From IMG/VR virus record IMGVR_UViG_3300042343_000347: a stretch of 64,000 nucleotides of DNA; one strand, given 5' to 3'. A program made the translations under genes and the position numbers. The notes under the pieces were generated by a model. That model was not told the origin of the DNA, ran no database searches, and was given only the letters and a program-made list of their open reading frames with translations. This stretch comes from a virus. Below, piece by piece: positions 1-9,329 of this stretch (position 1 is the stretch's first letter; each line of letters opens with the position of its first letter).

Positions 1-43
1 CACTCCCTTGCCCCCTTCGCTACGGACAGTAATGTTCTCACCC

Positions 44-226
44 TTACGCATGTTCCTTTTCCTTTTTTCCGGCAATAGTCAACAATGCGGCAATGCTAGC
101 CTCGAGGTCACCGGTCATTGTGTAAAGATCCTCGCTACTAAGGTTTTCGTTTTCTAGTGCGATCATGTAACCAAGAGTACTAAGAACATCGCTAACCTGA
201 GTCAGAGTAAGATTTTTATTAGCCAT
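44..226 (-). CDS. hypothetical protein
   Basis: 60 aa ORF in the minus-strand gene run. Confidence 0.6.
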   Translation of the reverse strand: MANKNLTLTQVSDVLSTLGYMIALENENLSSEDLYTMTGDLEASIAALLTIAGKKEKEHA

Positions 227-238
227 TTTGTGTCTCCT

Positions 239-1012
239 TTATTTAAGTTCAATACTAGCAACTTTCAATCTAGCAAAAATGTCATCACCAAACTTCCATC
301 CTTCGGGCATACTTGTCTGCATGTCCAATTCATTATCAAGTTTAACAGCCTCTTCGTTAGTAATCAAGACAATAGCCAAATTGTTTTTAATCATTTGGGC
401 AATCTCAGTAACAGGACATTTTTCCATAGTCATCGTTACCGCTTGATTATAAATCATGATACAAGGAACGATATGCTCACGATAAGTATTTTCCTTAGTA
501 CGGTTTACACTCTCGCCGATAGTGATAAGATGGTCAATGCTATCACTCTCAAGTAATGACCTCGCATTCTCTAGACCAAATCCATCTTCGTTGTCAATCA
601 AAAATCTAAAACGTTTGGCAATCTTTTCAAAGATGTTACGCTCACTAACCTCACGTGGTATAGGCTTGATTGCCTGTCCACGAACCTTTCTTACGATTGT
701 TTCAATAGATTCGATGATACTAACAAGTATCCAAAAATTTTCAAGGATATCACCGTCAAAATTGATAGTGATACATTTCTCATTATCCTTTCGTGCCTTT
801 TCAGAAAATCCCTGCTCCAGCATACGCTTTCGCATTTCGGCAATATCTTCTGATCGTGCTAACCAACCAAAGGTATAATGCTTCTTCTTGATTTCACATT
901 TGACACCGTTGTTGGTATAGAGTACGCAATTATTTTGCTCCTCGTATACACGTTCAGTGTAGCCACGCTCCTCACATGAGGACTTGAATATATTGAAACT
1001 AATAGCAGCCAT
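239..1012 (-). CDS. hypothetical protein with C-terminal EHIVP (His-Me/HNH-like) motif
   Basis: 257 aa; YREHIVPC followed by helical segment. Confidence 0.5.
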   Translation of the reverse strand: MAAISFNIFKSSCEERGYTERVYEEQNNCVLYTNNGVKCEIKKKHYTFGWLARSEDIAEMRKRMLEQGFSEKARKDNEKCITINFDGDILENFWILVSIIESIETIVRKVRGQAIKPIPREVSERNIFEKIAKRFRFLIDNEDGFGLENARSLLESDSIDHLITIGESVNRTKENTYREHIVPCIMIYNQAVTMTMEKCPVTEIAQMIKNNLAIVLITNEEAVKLDNELDMQTSMPEGWKFGDDIFARLKVASIELK

Positions 1013-1016
1013 TATA

Positions 1017-1286
1017 TTAGTTCATGAGGTAAGTGCTGATGATCCACTTAGCACGATTGATCGCCTGACGGCCGTCTTCGGCTCGCATACTATCAACTTC
1101 ACCGTATTCGGTGTTGATCATTTCCTGCGCATCGCTGAGGATGCTCATTGCCATCATAGCAGGGCCACTGAAACGAAACGTGAGACTGTCCTCGACCGCT
1201 TCACGCATCTGGGTCTCAGTGCAACCAAACATGCGAACTTGGCGTTTTTCTTGCTCGGTCAAACCACTGTAAATTGCTGTTGTCAT
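1017..1286 (-). CDS. hypothetical protein (early gene)
   Basis: 89 aa; GGAGA RBS and sigma70-type promoter directly upstream. Confidence 0.7.
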   Translation of the reverse strand: MTTAIYSGLTEQEKRQVRMFGCTETQMREAVEDSLTFRFSGPAMMAMSILSDAQEMINTEYGEVDSMRAEDGRQAINRAKWIISTYLMN

Positions 1287-1315
1287 CTCTATCTCCGTTC
1301 GTTCAGTATGTATAT

Positions 1316-1344
1316 ATTATGAACCCAATTAGCCCAAATGTCAA
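1316..1344 (-). promoter_or_regulatory. sigma70-type promoter
   Basis: TTGACA-17 nt-CATAAT. Confidence 0.75.
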
Positions 1345-1409
1345 GCCTTTTTTGTTGTTTTTTTGCTACAAAAAACCTATATAAATCAACGACTTACAAG
1401 AGCGGGATT

Positions 1410-2975
1410 TTACTGTACGGTTTTCACACCCTTGTAAAACTTGATAGCACCTTTTAACGACTTGTTATTCAACACGTTGTCCGGATACACAATGATATCC
1501 ATGATGCCGTCACCATCAAAGTCTGCCATTTCGGACATATGCTTATCAACATCATGCAATACAAACTTAGACAGATCGCCGATATCTAACTTTTTGAAAG
1601 TAGAGTCTTTCTGGTTGATATAGATACGACTGATCTCATTAGTCTTTCCTGGACCCACACTCATGACAAGATCATCATAACCATCTTTGTTGACATCGAT
1701 GCATTGCAGTCTGCCACCAGTGAGATTAGTTTCCCCGGGTATGTTTAGAGCAGTTCTAATAAGTTCCTTACCTTTGATCGTGTATGCAGTTAGTTCGACA
1801 TCAAAATTAAGATTTTCAAACTTTAATTCCGTACCGGAAGCATATAACGTTTTTAATGTGGGCATGTATGTGACACCTACAGAGAAGGGCTCACTATTAC
1901 CCATTCTAACCGTGCAAAGATTTTCAACTCCGCCCATAGTACCGGCAAGTACATGCTTACCTTTATACTCATAGACATCAACTGGTTTTCTATCTCCGGC
2001 GTAATTGATTATAGATTGACCAGACGCTATTAATTTCATCTCAGGGTTCACATGATTAGTAGGGAACCATGAACCATTCTCCATATAGTAACCTTCTACA
2101 CCATAATGTCCTCGAAAGAATGTTTGCTGTACCATCCTGTTCGATGATTTGTTATCAGTAGAATAGAAATTAAAAGTCACAGGACTGATGCCGGGAAGTA
2201 TACCATCGTGTACAGTATGTAAACTCACTCCATTCCACATATATTTGTGATTCTGTCTATAGACTCCTAGATCGCTGGGGAAGCCGGCAGCGGTGACGAA
2301 TTGTTTTCCATAATAGTCAACACCGTGACCTATGCTACCATAGTACTTACCTTCACCAGTCCTGTGCATCTTATACTTTTTGTTAGGTTGACTTACGTAA
2401 GCCACTACATAACCTGTGACTAACGAACCAGCATCGTTGCTCCTACCATCAGACTGATTAGTAGAGTAAAAGATATCTTTTAATCCGTCACCGTTGATAT
2501 CAAGTATAGAATAAATGAATCCAGAACACGATTGGCTATCTCTGGTTCCCTCGATATACTTTTCGCTAGCGTCAACAAACTTGCCTTCACTATTCAATTC
2601 ATAGATAACTGTCAAACTTTTGCAGGGCTCTGCTACATAACTACGCCATAATAGATCAGAACCTTTGCCCTTGTGAAAGGTCATGAGAAATTCAAGTTTA
2701 CCGTCATTGTTGAGATCGACTGCTATGCTACCTGCCACCTTAGCGGGATAATTTTTACCCGAAAGATCAAGCGGCGCGCTAGCGTGTGCAGGATCAAAAA
2801 ACCAGTACGTCAATGTAGGATCGGGGAAAGCACCTGCTACTTCTTGAAAGTAGTCTTTGGATACTACTGCGGCCTGAGTGACCGGGGCATTATTAGTAGT
2901 CGGGGCAGGATTACTTCCACCGCCACCGCATGCAGTAAGAATGATACTGCTAACAACATAAGCAACCTTGCGCAT
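1410..2975 (-). CDS. lipoprotein with FG-GAP/VCBS-like repeats
   Basis: lipobox ILTAC-GGGG; repeated DxNxDGxxD motifs (DLNNDGKLE, DINGDGLKD, DVNKDGYDD, DFDGDGIMD). Confidence 0.8.
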   Translation of the reverse strand: MRKVAYVVSSIILTACGGGGSNPAPTTNNAPVTQAAVVSKDYFQEVAGAFPDPTLTYWFFDPAHASAPLDLSGKNYPAKVAGSIAVDLNNDGKLEFLMTFHKGKGSDLLWRSYVAEPCKSLTVIYELNSEGKFVDASEKYIEGTRDSQSCSGFIYSILDINGDGLKDIFYSTNQSDGRSNDAGSLVTGYVVAYVSQPNKKYKMHRTGEGKYYGSIGHGVDYYGKQFVTAAGFPSDLGVYRQNHKYMWNGVSLHTVHDGILPGISPVTFNFYSTDNKSSNRMVQQTFFRGHYGVEGYYMENGSWFPTNHVNPEMKLIASGQSIINYAGDRKPVDVYEYKGKHVLAGTMGGVENLCTVRMGNSEPFSVGVTYMPTLKTLYASGTELKFENLNFDVELTAYTIKGKELIRTALNIPGETNLTGGRLQCIDVNKDGYDDLVMSVGPGKTNEISRIYINQKDSTFKKLDIGDLSKFVLHDVDKHMSEMADFDGDGIMDIIVYPDNVLNNKSLKGAIKFYKGVKTVQ

Positions 2976-3007
2976 AATCGATATCCATAGTTACAACAGA
3001 TATGACT

Positions 3008-3036
3008 ATGTTAACAGATTACATGTAAAAGGTCAA
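3008..3036 (-). promoter_or_regulatory. sigma70-type promoter for lipoprotein gene
   Basis: TTGACC-17 nt-TAACAT with upstream TG. Confidence 0.55.
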
Positions 3037-3203
3037 GACCCTCTGCCCGTTTTTCGGGTAACTGCAGGGCCGCCAAAACCCTTACTTACCTTACCCTTTT
3101 TTCCGTTATTAGGATTGAACTGTCCTTTATTATTCGCTTGTATCGCTTTCTTACGTGCTAGTAATTCTGCGATTGGGTTTTTTGTTTTATTATCTTCGCT
3201 CAT
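3033..3203 (-). CDS. small basic hypothetical protein (56 aa, not in ORF track)
   Basis: manual translation MSEDNKTKNPIAELLARKKAIQ...RKTGRGS; ATGA overlap with upstream stop. Confidence 0.65.
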   Translation of the reverse strand: MSEDNKTKNPIAELLARKKAIQANNKGQFNPNNGKKGKVSKGFGGPAVTRKTGRGS

Positions 3204-3997
3204 GTGAATATAGGTCCTTCTGTTTCAGGTCTCAACGACCTGTTATTTTTAAAACTAAAGTTCTTGCAAAATACGCTGGTGCACCAAGCATTATAATTAT
3301 TCCAACCTGGACCCCAGAAATCTATTCGCTTATACCCTTTATCTATCAAGTACTGTTGCAAAGTGTTATACTGCCAGCGATCACTGTTGTCCAATATGAT
3401 CAACGTATCGTCTCTTGCTCGTTCGACGGCTAACACACCGCTTAATGCTCTAGCCATACCGTCTAACACGATCACATCAAAATATCCTTGTGGATAATTA
3501 TATAAAGTGCTGGCGTAGCCAGCGAATTCGTTGTTAATCAATCCATGCCTGACATCGTGATCCCTGTCATCACTACGTATCTGCGGAAAGTTTGTAATGA
3601 AGTTGTTTACGACTTCCAATGCATCATCGTGTACTTTTGCATTTTGATCTACTACATGTATCACTGCATTAGGTGCCTTTTCTTTGACATGATCTACCCA
3701 GGTGATATCATGCTCGACACTAACTGTTTCTCTCACGTAATTGTTAAAGAATAGTGTGCTGTATCCACAACCATATTCGAATACTTTACTTTCTTTTGAC
3801 AATACATCTTTTAAGAATGCGATTGCTGGAAATGTCATCCACGGGGTCACACCTTCTTCATCGCAAGGATGATCATGGAACCATCCATGCTCTTGCAAAT
3901 ATAGGTATGCGTGTGTGCTTAAATGTGAACTAAGATCGTTGGTGAGACTTAAACGTTTTACACCTTCGTGTTCTACTAATACTATAGGTTTTTTCAT
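3200..3997 (-). CDS. class I SAM-dependent methyltransferase
   Basis: VFEYGCGYST motif I, SVEHD, FDVIVLDG, ILDNSD. Confidence 0.8.
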   Translation of the reverse strand: MKKPIVLVEHEGVKRLSLTNDLSSHLSTHAYLYLQEHGWFHDHPCDEEGVTPWMTFPAIAFLKDVLSKESKVFEYGCGYSTLFFNNYVRETVSVEHDITWVDHVKEKAPNAVIHVVDQNAKVHDDALEVVNNFITNFPQIRSDDRDHDVRHGLINNEFAGYASTLYNYPQGYFDVIVLDGMARALSGVLAVERARDDTLIILDNSDRWQYNTLQQYLIDKGYKRIDFWGPGWNNYNAWCTSVFCKNFSFKNNRSLRPETEGPIFT

Positions 3998-4398
3998 GTC
4001 TTTGCTGATTCAAGATATTCTAAGAAACTGCCATATAATGTGATCATCATGGCAATTTTACTATCATATATGCGTATATATGCTGTTTTAGCCTGCTGAT
4101 TTTTTAATCCTATATACCAAGGACATTTTATTTTTTTGCCTAGTTTCAGCGTGAACCTCTTTAGGTCTTCTTTTTTCAGACCTTTATGCTTGTCACCCAC
4201 AAACAAAGGAAAATCATAATGCTCTATCTCAGCGAGTGAGAAGGCATCCATACCGTCTTCAGTAAGGCGCAGGCCAGAACCACTGCGTCCTGTAGCCCAC
4301 CATTTAAATAACAAATCGTTGATTGAGTTTTTAGGTTGAGATAAGTCTATCTCTAGTATTTCTATCAGTGCTTGTGTGATAAGTTCTTTATTCTTCAT
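3994..4398 (-). CDS. hypothetical phage protein
   Basis: 134 aa, overlapping start/stop in operon. Confidence 0.7.
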   Translation of the reverse strand: MKNKELITQALIEILEIDLSQPKNSINDLLFKWWATGRSGSGLRLTEDGMDAFSLAEIEHYDFPLFVGDKHKGLKKEDLKRFTLKLGKKIKCPWYIGLKNQQAKTAYIRIYDSKIAMMITLYGSFLEYLESAKT

Positions 4399-4684
4399 CT
4401 GGGTAAACTTGTCTACCCTGGTTCATGAACACCACTGTAAACTTATCAGTTTTGAATTGATTGTTTAACTTACGACACAAGTTTCTAGCATGTCCTGGAT
4501 TACTGAAACTAGTCTTTTTATACTTAGGAGCCGCTTCGTTCGCTAGGTAATGCTGACTCTTGAGATTGATCGGTTGTCCCTCATAAAACACAGCCCAAAT
4601 ACCAGAAGCCTCTACTATCTGGTCGCACTTGTACGTTGTTTTGTCAACATGCTCAAGTATTATTTTTGGTTGTGTTCTGCTCAT
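4388..4684 (-). CDS. hypothetical phage protein
   Basis: 98 aa, coupled to neighbours. Confidence 0.75.
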   Translation of the reverse strand: MSRTQPKIILEHVDKTTYKCDQIVEASGIWAVFYEGQPINLKSQHYLANEAAPKYKKTSFSNPGHARNLCRKLNNQFKTDKFTVVFMNQGRQVYPDEE

Positions 4685-4884
4685 TTAAATTTTCCACCTG
4701 TAATCTCTACTTTGATAACTTCCTCAGTTTTTTTATCCTCATTATTAAGTTCATGTAGATCAGCAAGTAACTTCGCTATCTCATCCCTCAATACTCTAGC
4801 CTCTGACATGGGTAAAACAAGATCCTTAGACCTTTTGCTGTCCAAATGAGAGACTTTATCCATGAATCTCTTTATCTGAATCAT
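4681..4884 (-). CDS. hypothetical protein
   Basis: 67 aa; TAAATA 6 nt upstream of ATG. Confidence 0.7.
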   Translation of the reverse strand: MIQIKRFMDKVSHLDSKRSKDLVLPMSEARVLRDEIAKLLADLHELNNEDKKTEEVIKVEITGGKFK

Positions 4885-4889
4885 CTTAA

Positions 4890-5339
4890 TTATTTATGTG
4901 TTTTGGCCTCATCTTCTGATTTAAACGGACCCTCATAGGGGTATCGCTGTATGAAGATGTATTTGGGGCAAAAAACTGTCTGATTATGTCCATTTTGATC
5001 TATATTAAACCATCCTGCTACATGATAACACTTGCTTTTTGTCGTTTTTGTAAAGATATGTAACTTACGCTTGACATCAAACATATTGTTATATGTCTTG
5101 TTAGTAGTAGGATATTCAGGATAAGGCATCTCTACCTTAGTCCTATTACTCTTCATAGGTTGAAAACTAATCTTAGTCTTCTTTTGTATATCCTTAGTAT
5201 TGTTAAATTGTAGTGTGCTACCATTGATCATGACTTCATAGCCCGCGCTATTGGCCTGCACATTACCTACTTTTTTCTCACCGTCAGTCACGACCCAATA
5301 TTGGTCTTTGATGATTGGTTTCGCTATTAGTTCTGTCAT
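4890..5339 (-). CDS. hypothetical phage protein
   Basis: 149 aa with GAGGA RBS. Confidence 0.75.
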   Translation of the reverse strand: MTELIAKPIIKDQYWVVTDGEKKVGNVQANSAGYEVMINGSTLQFNNTKDIQKKTKISFQPMKSNRTKVEMPYPEYPTTNKTYNNMFDVKRKLHIFTKTTKSKCYHVAGWFNIDQNGHNQTVFCPKYIFIQRYPYEGPFKSEDEAKTHK

Positions 5340-5348
5340 ATTTCCTCT

Positions 5349-5951
5349 TTACGTTATCTCTATGAAATTAAAAATCTGTACTATCCTAGCATCTTCATCT
5401 TGCTCTCCGAACACCGGGCCTATGCCATGGAATTTGTTAGCAGGATATAGCAAGAATCTATTATAAACAATGTTTGATACAGTGTGTATAGTCCATTTAT
5501 CTAATTGGTTAAATTCATTATTTTGAATAATATGCTTAAGATGCTCTTTGCTCAATGCTCTATCTGAGTTGGTTGACTTTTGGTTATAAAAGATAGTACC
5601 GGGGGTGTCTTCTCTGTTTTTAGAAAGATACAACACACCCGCATAATAATTGGCATCAACGGAATCCGCATGTAACAAGTTTGATGATACCGTACCTTTT
5701 TTACTAATCCTAAAAGAACCGTTATCCATCTGTCTCAACTGGCGCATATTCTTATTTAGAATCTTAGAAATTTTCACATCGATCCAAGTAGGGGAATACG
5801 TATCCTTGCTCATTTTTCCTGGCCAAGGTGCATCACCAAACTTATAGCCTGATGATTTTTTATCTTCGTAATATTCGGAAGACAAAGCCATATCTCTGAT
5901 ACTATCAGGATCATCATAGAAATCATCGATTATGATTAATCCTAAATTCAT
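5349..5951 (-). CDS. 2OG-Fe(II) oxygenase superfamily protein (DUF6445-like)
   Basis: IIIDDFYDDPD N-terminus, HxD (HAD), AGVLYL, NR..LY...FHG, distal R. Confidence 0.7.
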   Translation of the reverse strand: MNLGLIIIDDFYDDPDSIRDMALSSEYYEDKKSSGYKFGDAPWPGKMSKDTYSPTWIDVKISKILNKNMRQLRQMDNGSFRISKKGTVSSNLLHADSVDANYYAGVLYLSKNREDTPGTIFYNQKSTNSDRALSKEHLKHIIQNNEFNQLDKWTIHTVSNIVYNRFLLYPANKFHGIGPVFGEQDEDARIVQIFNFIEIT

Positions 5952-6172
5952 TCTGATATGCTCTCCCAAAACAATTCGTTATCCTTGACATTTGCTATGG
6001 GTTTGAGCCAACCTCTATCAATACAATCTAGTAAAATTGATTTATATTCCCTAGGACATTTATCACTAATTTCAAACCCTGCTCTAGGTGCCATAACTAA
6101 TCCATCGATAATATGAAACTTTGGATCACCCGATTTAAGAGTTCGAATAGATGTTTGAGTAACCTTAAACAT
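5948..6172 (-). CDS. hypothetical protein
   Basis: short ORF coupled to neighbours. Confidence 0.6.
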   Translation of the reverse strand: MFKVTQTSIRTLKSGDPKFHIIDGLVMAPRAGFEISDKCPREYKSILLDCIDRGWLKPIANVKDNELFWESISE

Positions 6173-7175
6173 TTGCCAACTCACCTGTATAAGGATTGTT
6201 CAACCACTTTGCATAACTATCAGCCTGGTCGCTGATCTTTTGCAATTCATACTTGCCACAAAACTTCATGAAGTGAACACCAACTTGCGGTGTCGTCTTG
6301 AGGCGCACACCTGTAGTGATGCTAGCATCAACTATCTGCTTAATTTCATCAGGCTGCGCAGTCAGATCAATCAATAATCTATTACGTTCATAATCTTCAC
6401 GTACACGATGTTCGACACCATCGGGGTCTACCCAACGCTGTAGCATCATGTTGTTCCAATTAAAGCCCTGCTTAGTGCGGTCAGCATATGCTTCGATGAG
6501 ACCGACTTTGTTCTTGCTACCCTTAGTACGCACTCCAGGATAAGCACTGAACACATTATCACCCGCGTCACCGCGCATGATCTTCTCAAACAATACAAAT
6601 TGTGGATCACCAAGCAACTTGGGTTCTTTAGTCTTTTTATCTTTGACTGGCTTACCCTTGTCATCAAAATAACCTTCAAGAGTAATTAGTTGGTTTGCGA
6701 CACCGTTGTACTGCTTGACGTTGGGTGCGATCAATTGAATATAGTCTGTGTCGCTACTGATGATCACATGTTCATCGTTGGGATGTAGATGTACGAATCG
6801 TGCGATGAGGTCGTCTGCCTCAGCACGTTCATGTCGCAACACACTTACGTTAGTCTTCTCACGCAAAAACGTAGTGAACATATCATACGTTTCCCAGAAC
6901 ATCTTATTTTCTTCTGCTTCTGCCTCAGTGAGGCTTTGCTCTGCAACTTTACGATGTGCCTTATAAGGTGCATACACATCCTTGCGCCAACTACGACCCT
7001 CAAGACAGAATACGACATGATCGATTCCATATTTGCGAACAGCCTGATTGACACTTGATAATGTCAAGTGCAGAGCCATGCCGATCTTTTCCCAAGTATC
7101 GCTATTGCGACTGGCAACATGTCGGGCACGGAAAAATGTATTAGCAGTATCAATCAGAGCATATTTCACAATCAC
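6165..7175 (-). CDS. 5'-3' exonuclease / T4 RNase H-like
   Basis: LIDTAN, WRK..Y..YKAHR, EADDLIA, SSDTDYIQL, GDAGDNV motifs. Confidence 0.9.
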   Translation of the reverse strand: MIVKYALIDTANTFFRARHVASRNSDTWEKIGMALHLTLSSVNQAVRKYGIDHVVFCLEGRSWRKDVYAPYKAHRKVAEQSLTEAEAEENKMFWETYDMFTTFLREKTNVSVLRHERAEADDLIARFVHLHPNDEHVIISSDTDYIQLIAPNVKQYNGVANQLITLEGYFDDKGKPVKDKKTKEPKLLGDPQFVLFEKIMRGDAGDNVFSAYPGVRTKGSKNKVGLIEAYADRTKQGFNWNNMMLQRWVDPDGVEHRVREDYERNRLLIDLTAQPDEIKQIVDASITTGVRLKTTPQVGVHFMKFCGKYELQKISDQADSYAKWLNNPYTGELANV

Positions 7176-7202
7176 ACCTATTTAGTAGAATAATATACGT
7201 AT

Positions 7203-7231
7203 ATTATACTAGGTGTTTGCGAACATGTCAA
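7203..7231 (-). promoter_or_regulatory. consensus sigma70 promoter
   Basis: TTGACA-17 nt-TATAAT. Confidence 0.85.
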
Positions 7232-7249
7232 CTAACTTAGGTACAGCCT

Positions 7250-8293
7250 TTACCCAAAGTTAAACAACATGATACCTGTGGGTTCGACTTTGTTTTTGGA
7301 CAGTACCATTATGCTTTCATCTGTATTCAGATTTGATTTGGCACTAGGTCGTACCTTATTCTTAAGGTCAGTGGTCTGTATATGATGATAGCCCAAACTT
7401 TTTGCCAAGGATAAAGTATCCTCGTACAATTTATAATTTGAAAAATTCTTTATGTTAACTAGCAATTTACCTTCAGCAATTAGATATTTGTTGATGTTCA
7501 CCAATGTGGGCTTAAGATAATTGTCTAGCCATTGTTGATAAGTAGTTCCGGGTTTATACGATTGATTACCTACCCTATAATCTTCAAGATTAAAATATGG
7601 AGGACTACTAAAAGCCAATCCAATCGTGTTCTCCCATTCAGGCACATACACCTCACTACCCTGGCATCGTATGTCGTATTTGCTATCTGTTAGGTTGGCT
7701 GTATCATAATCCTTTGCCATTTCAAATAATCTGTCAACCAACAAGTTATTAGGATCTGTCCCATAATACTCTACTTTATTTTTGATTGCGCTTAGTAATC
7801 TTACACCCCAACCACAACTAAAATCATAATACTTGTTATTCACATTGTAATATTTCAATATGTGGTCGGCAGTCTGCATTGGAAAGTTGCTCGGTTTCAT
7901 AGCAACTCCCCCACCAGAAATTCTTAACGCCGTCTCTAAATTTTGTATATCAGTATTTGTTTTTGGATACACTTTTTCACTGGCTAATGTGCGGCTATAA
8001 AAATATTTTATCAGATCATTTGACTCAAATACCTCTTCTATGCTCCAGCGAGGGGTTTCAAGTTTTACTTTTGCCATCAAATCTTTATAGTAATAGTTGG
8101 CTATATCACCTATCGCAGTACCACCGCGCTTTACGCTTTTCAAATTTTCTTTTACAAGGTTGTAGTCGGGTTTAGTATAATACTGTTGTTTTAATTCAAT
8201 ACACTTTTCAACAGGCAGGTCATAATAATGGTCGGTGTACAAAACCTTACCAAGATGTTCAATGGTATATTTTTTCTTAGTGGTTTTAGCCAC
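7250..8293 (-). CDS. amino (N4-C/N6-A) DNA methyltransferase
   Basis: YDFSCGWGVRL SAM motif, GTDPN, catalytic FSSPPY. Confidence 0.85.
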   Translation of the reverse strand: MAKTTKKKYTIEHLGKVLYTDHYYDLPVEKCIELKQQYYTKPDYNLVKENLKSVKRGGTAIGDIANYYYKDLMAKVKLETPRWSIEEVFESNDLIKYFYSRTLASEKVYPKTNTDIQNLETALRISGGGVAMKPSNFPMQTADHILKYYNVNNKYYDFSCGWGVRLLSAIKNKVEYYGTDPNNLLVDRLFEMAKDYDTANLTDSKYDIRCQGSEVYVPEWENTIGLAFSSPPYFNLEDYRVGNQSYKPGTTYQQWLDNYLKPTLVNINKYLIAEGKLLVNIKNFSNYKLYEDTLSLAKSLGYHHIQTTDLKNKVRPSAKSNLNTDESIMVLSKNKVEPTGIMLFNFG

Positions 8294-8308
8294 GATACTT
8301 TTATGTTA

Positions 8309-8752
8309 TCAACTGATTTCGGTTCGTCCGTTACCCAAATCTCGTTGTCTGATTACTCTGAGATTATCTGCGTTCCTGCGCTTTTCTGGGTCTGCTATCT
8401 CTTGCTCATACATCTCAAGTGCGATGTTACGGCAAACTGCTTGAAACCAGCGATCTACGATCTCGTTGTCGGTATCAGTCTCGCTTTTCTTATATCCTGA
8501 CTTAATTAGATTAAGAAGGAACTTATCGTTCCAATCTAATTCAAAAGCGCCGTTGTTGATGTTGTTGGGGTCAATGTCTACTCTATTGATAGCGATATAA
8601 GGATCACCATCTTTAGTGGCCTGCTCTTTGGGACTGAGTTTCTTTTCAGTTTTTTCTTTCTTAGGTTTGGAGGAATCCTCGCTCGGTGGATTCGGCCTCG
8701 GCTCTGGTTTTTTCGCTCCTAACCCAAAAATACTTTTAATCTTATTGAACAT
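8309..8752 (-). CDS. hypothetical phage protein
   Basis: probable start MFNKIK; GAFELDWND motif. Confidence 0.7.
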   Translation of the reverse strand: MFNKIKSIFGLGAKKPEPRPNPPSEDSSKPKKEKTEKKLSPKEQATKDGDPYIAINRVDIDPNNINNGAFELDWNDKFLLNLIKSGYKKSETDTDNEIVDRWFQAVCRNIALEMYEQEIADPEKRRNADNLRVIRQRDLGNGRTEIS

Positions 8753-9329
8753 TCTTAGCCCTGGTAATAGCGCCACGCACCGCAGTTTGTAACGCATTGT
8801 TTAAATCTACATTGTACTTATTGTTGGCAACTACGTAACCAGAAATTTCTTTAATGTCATTGAGATTAATTTTCAAGTCGAATCCATCTCCCGTTTTATG
8901 CAGATTACGAATGACCGTTTCTTTGTCAACAAGAAAACACCCATCGTTTCGTAATACTATTGTAATGTCGCAAATTAATTCAGGTTCTAACATGTCCTTA
9001 TTATTCGTGCCATTACTATTTGTAAATTTGACAATGAATGTTTTTCTGCTTTTACCATTCTTTTTATACATGCTTTGACTTAACTGGCTTTTTAACTCAA
9101 TAGTAGTATTATGTTTTGGCCAATCAAAGTCTTTGTGATCCTCTCTCACACAAATTAATGAGGAATCTTGCATAGCAATTAATTCTTCGCAGACGAATCC
9201 CTTTAAAAATCTGAGTTGTCTGTCATTCAACTCTTCTAGGCTATTACCAAAATTAATGATAAATTGCCAGTCGTATTTTTTAAGATCATTGATTATTTGT
9301 TGCATATTCATATAGTTTAAAACTTGCAA
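8742..9329 (-). CDS. putative PD-(D/E)xK nuclease-like protein
   Basis: KGFVCEE...KDFD...IELKS arrangement. Confidence 0.4.
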   Translation of the reverse strand: MQVLNYMNMQQIINDLKKYDWQFIINFGNSLEELNDRQLRFLKGFVCEELIAMQDSSLICVREDHKDFDWPKHNTTIELKSQLSQSMYKKNGKSRKTFIVKFTNSNGTNNKDMLEPELICDITIVLRNDGCFLVDKETVIRNLHKTGDGFDLKINLNDIKEISGYVVANNKYNVDLNNALQTAVRGAITRAKNVQ

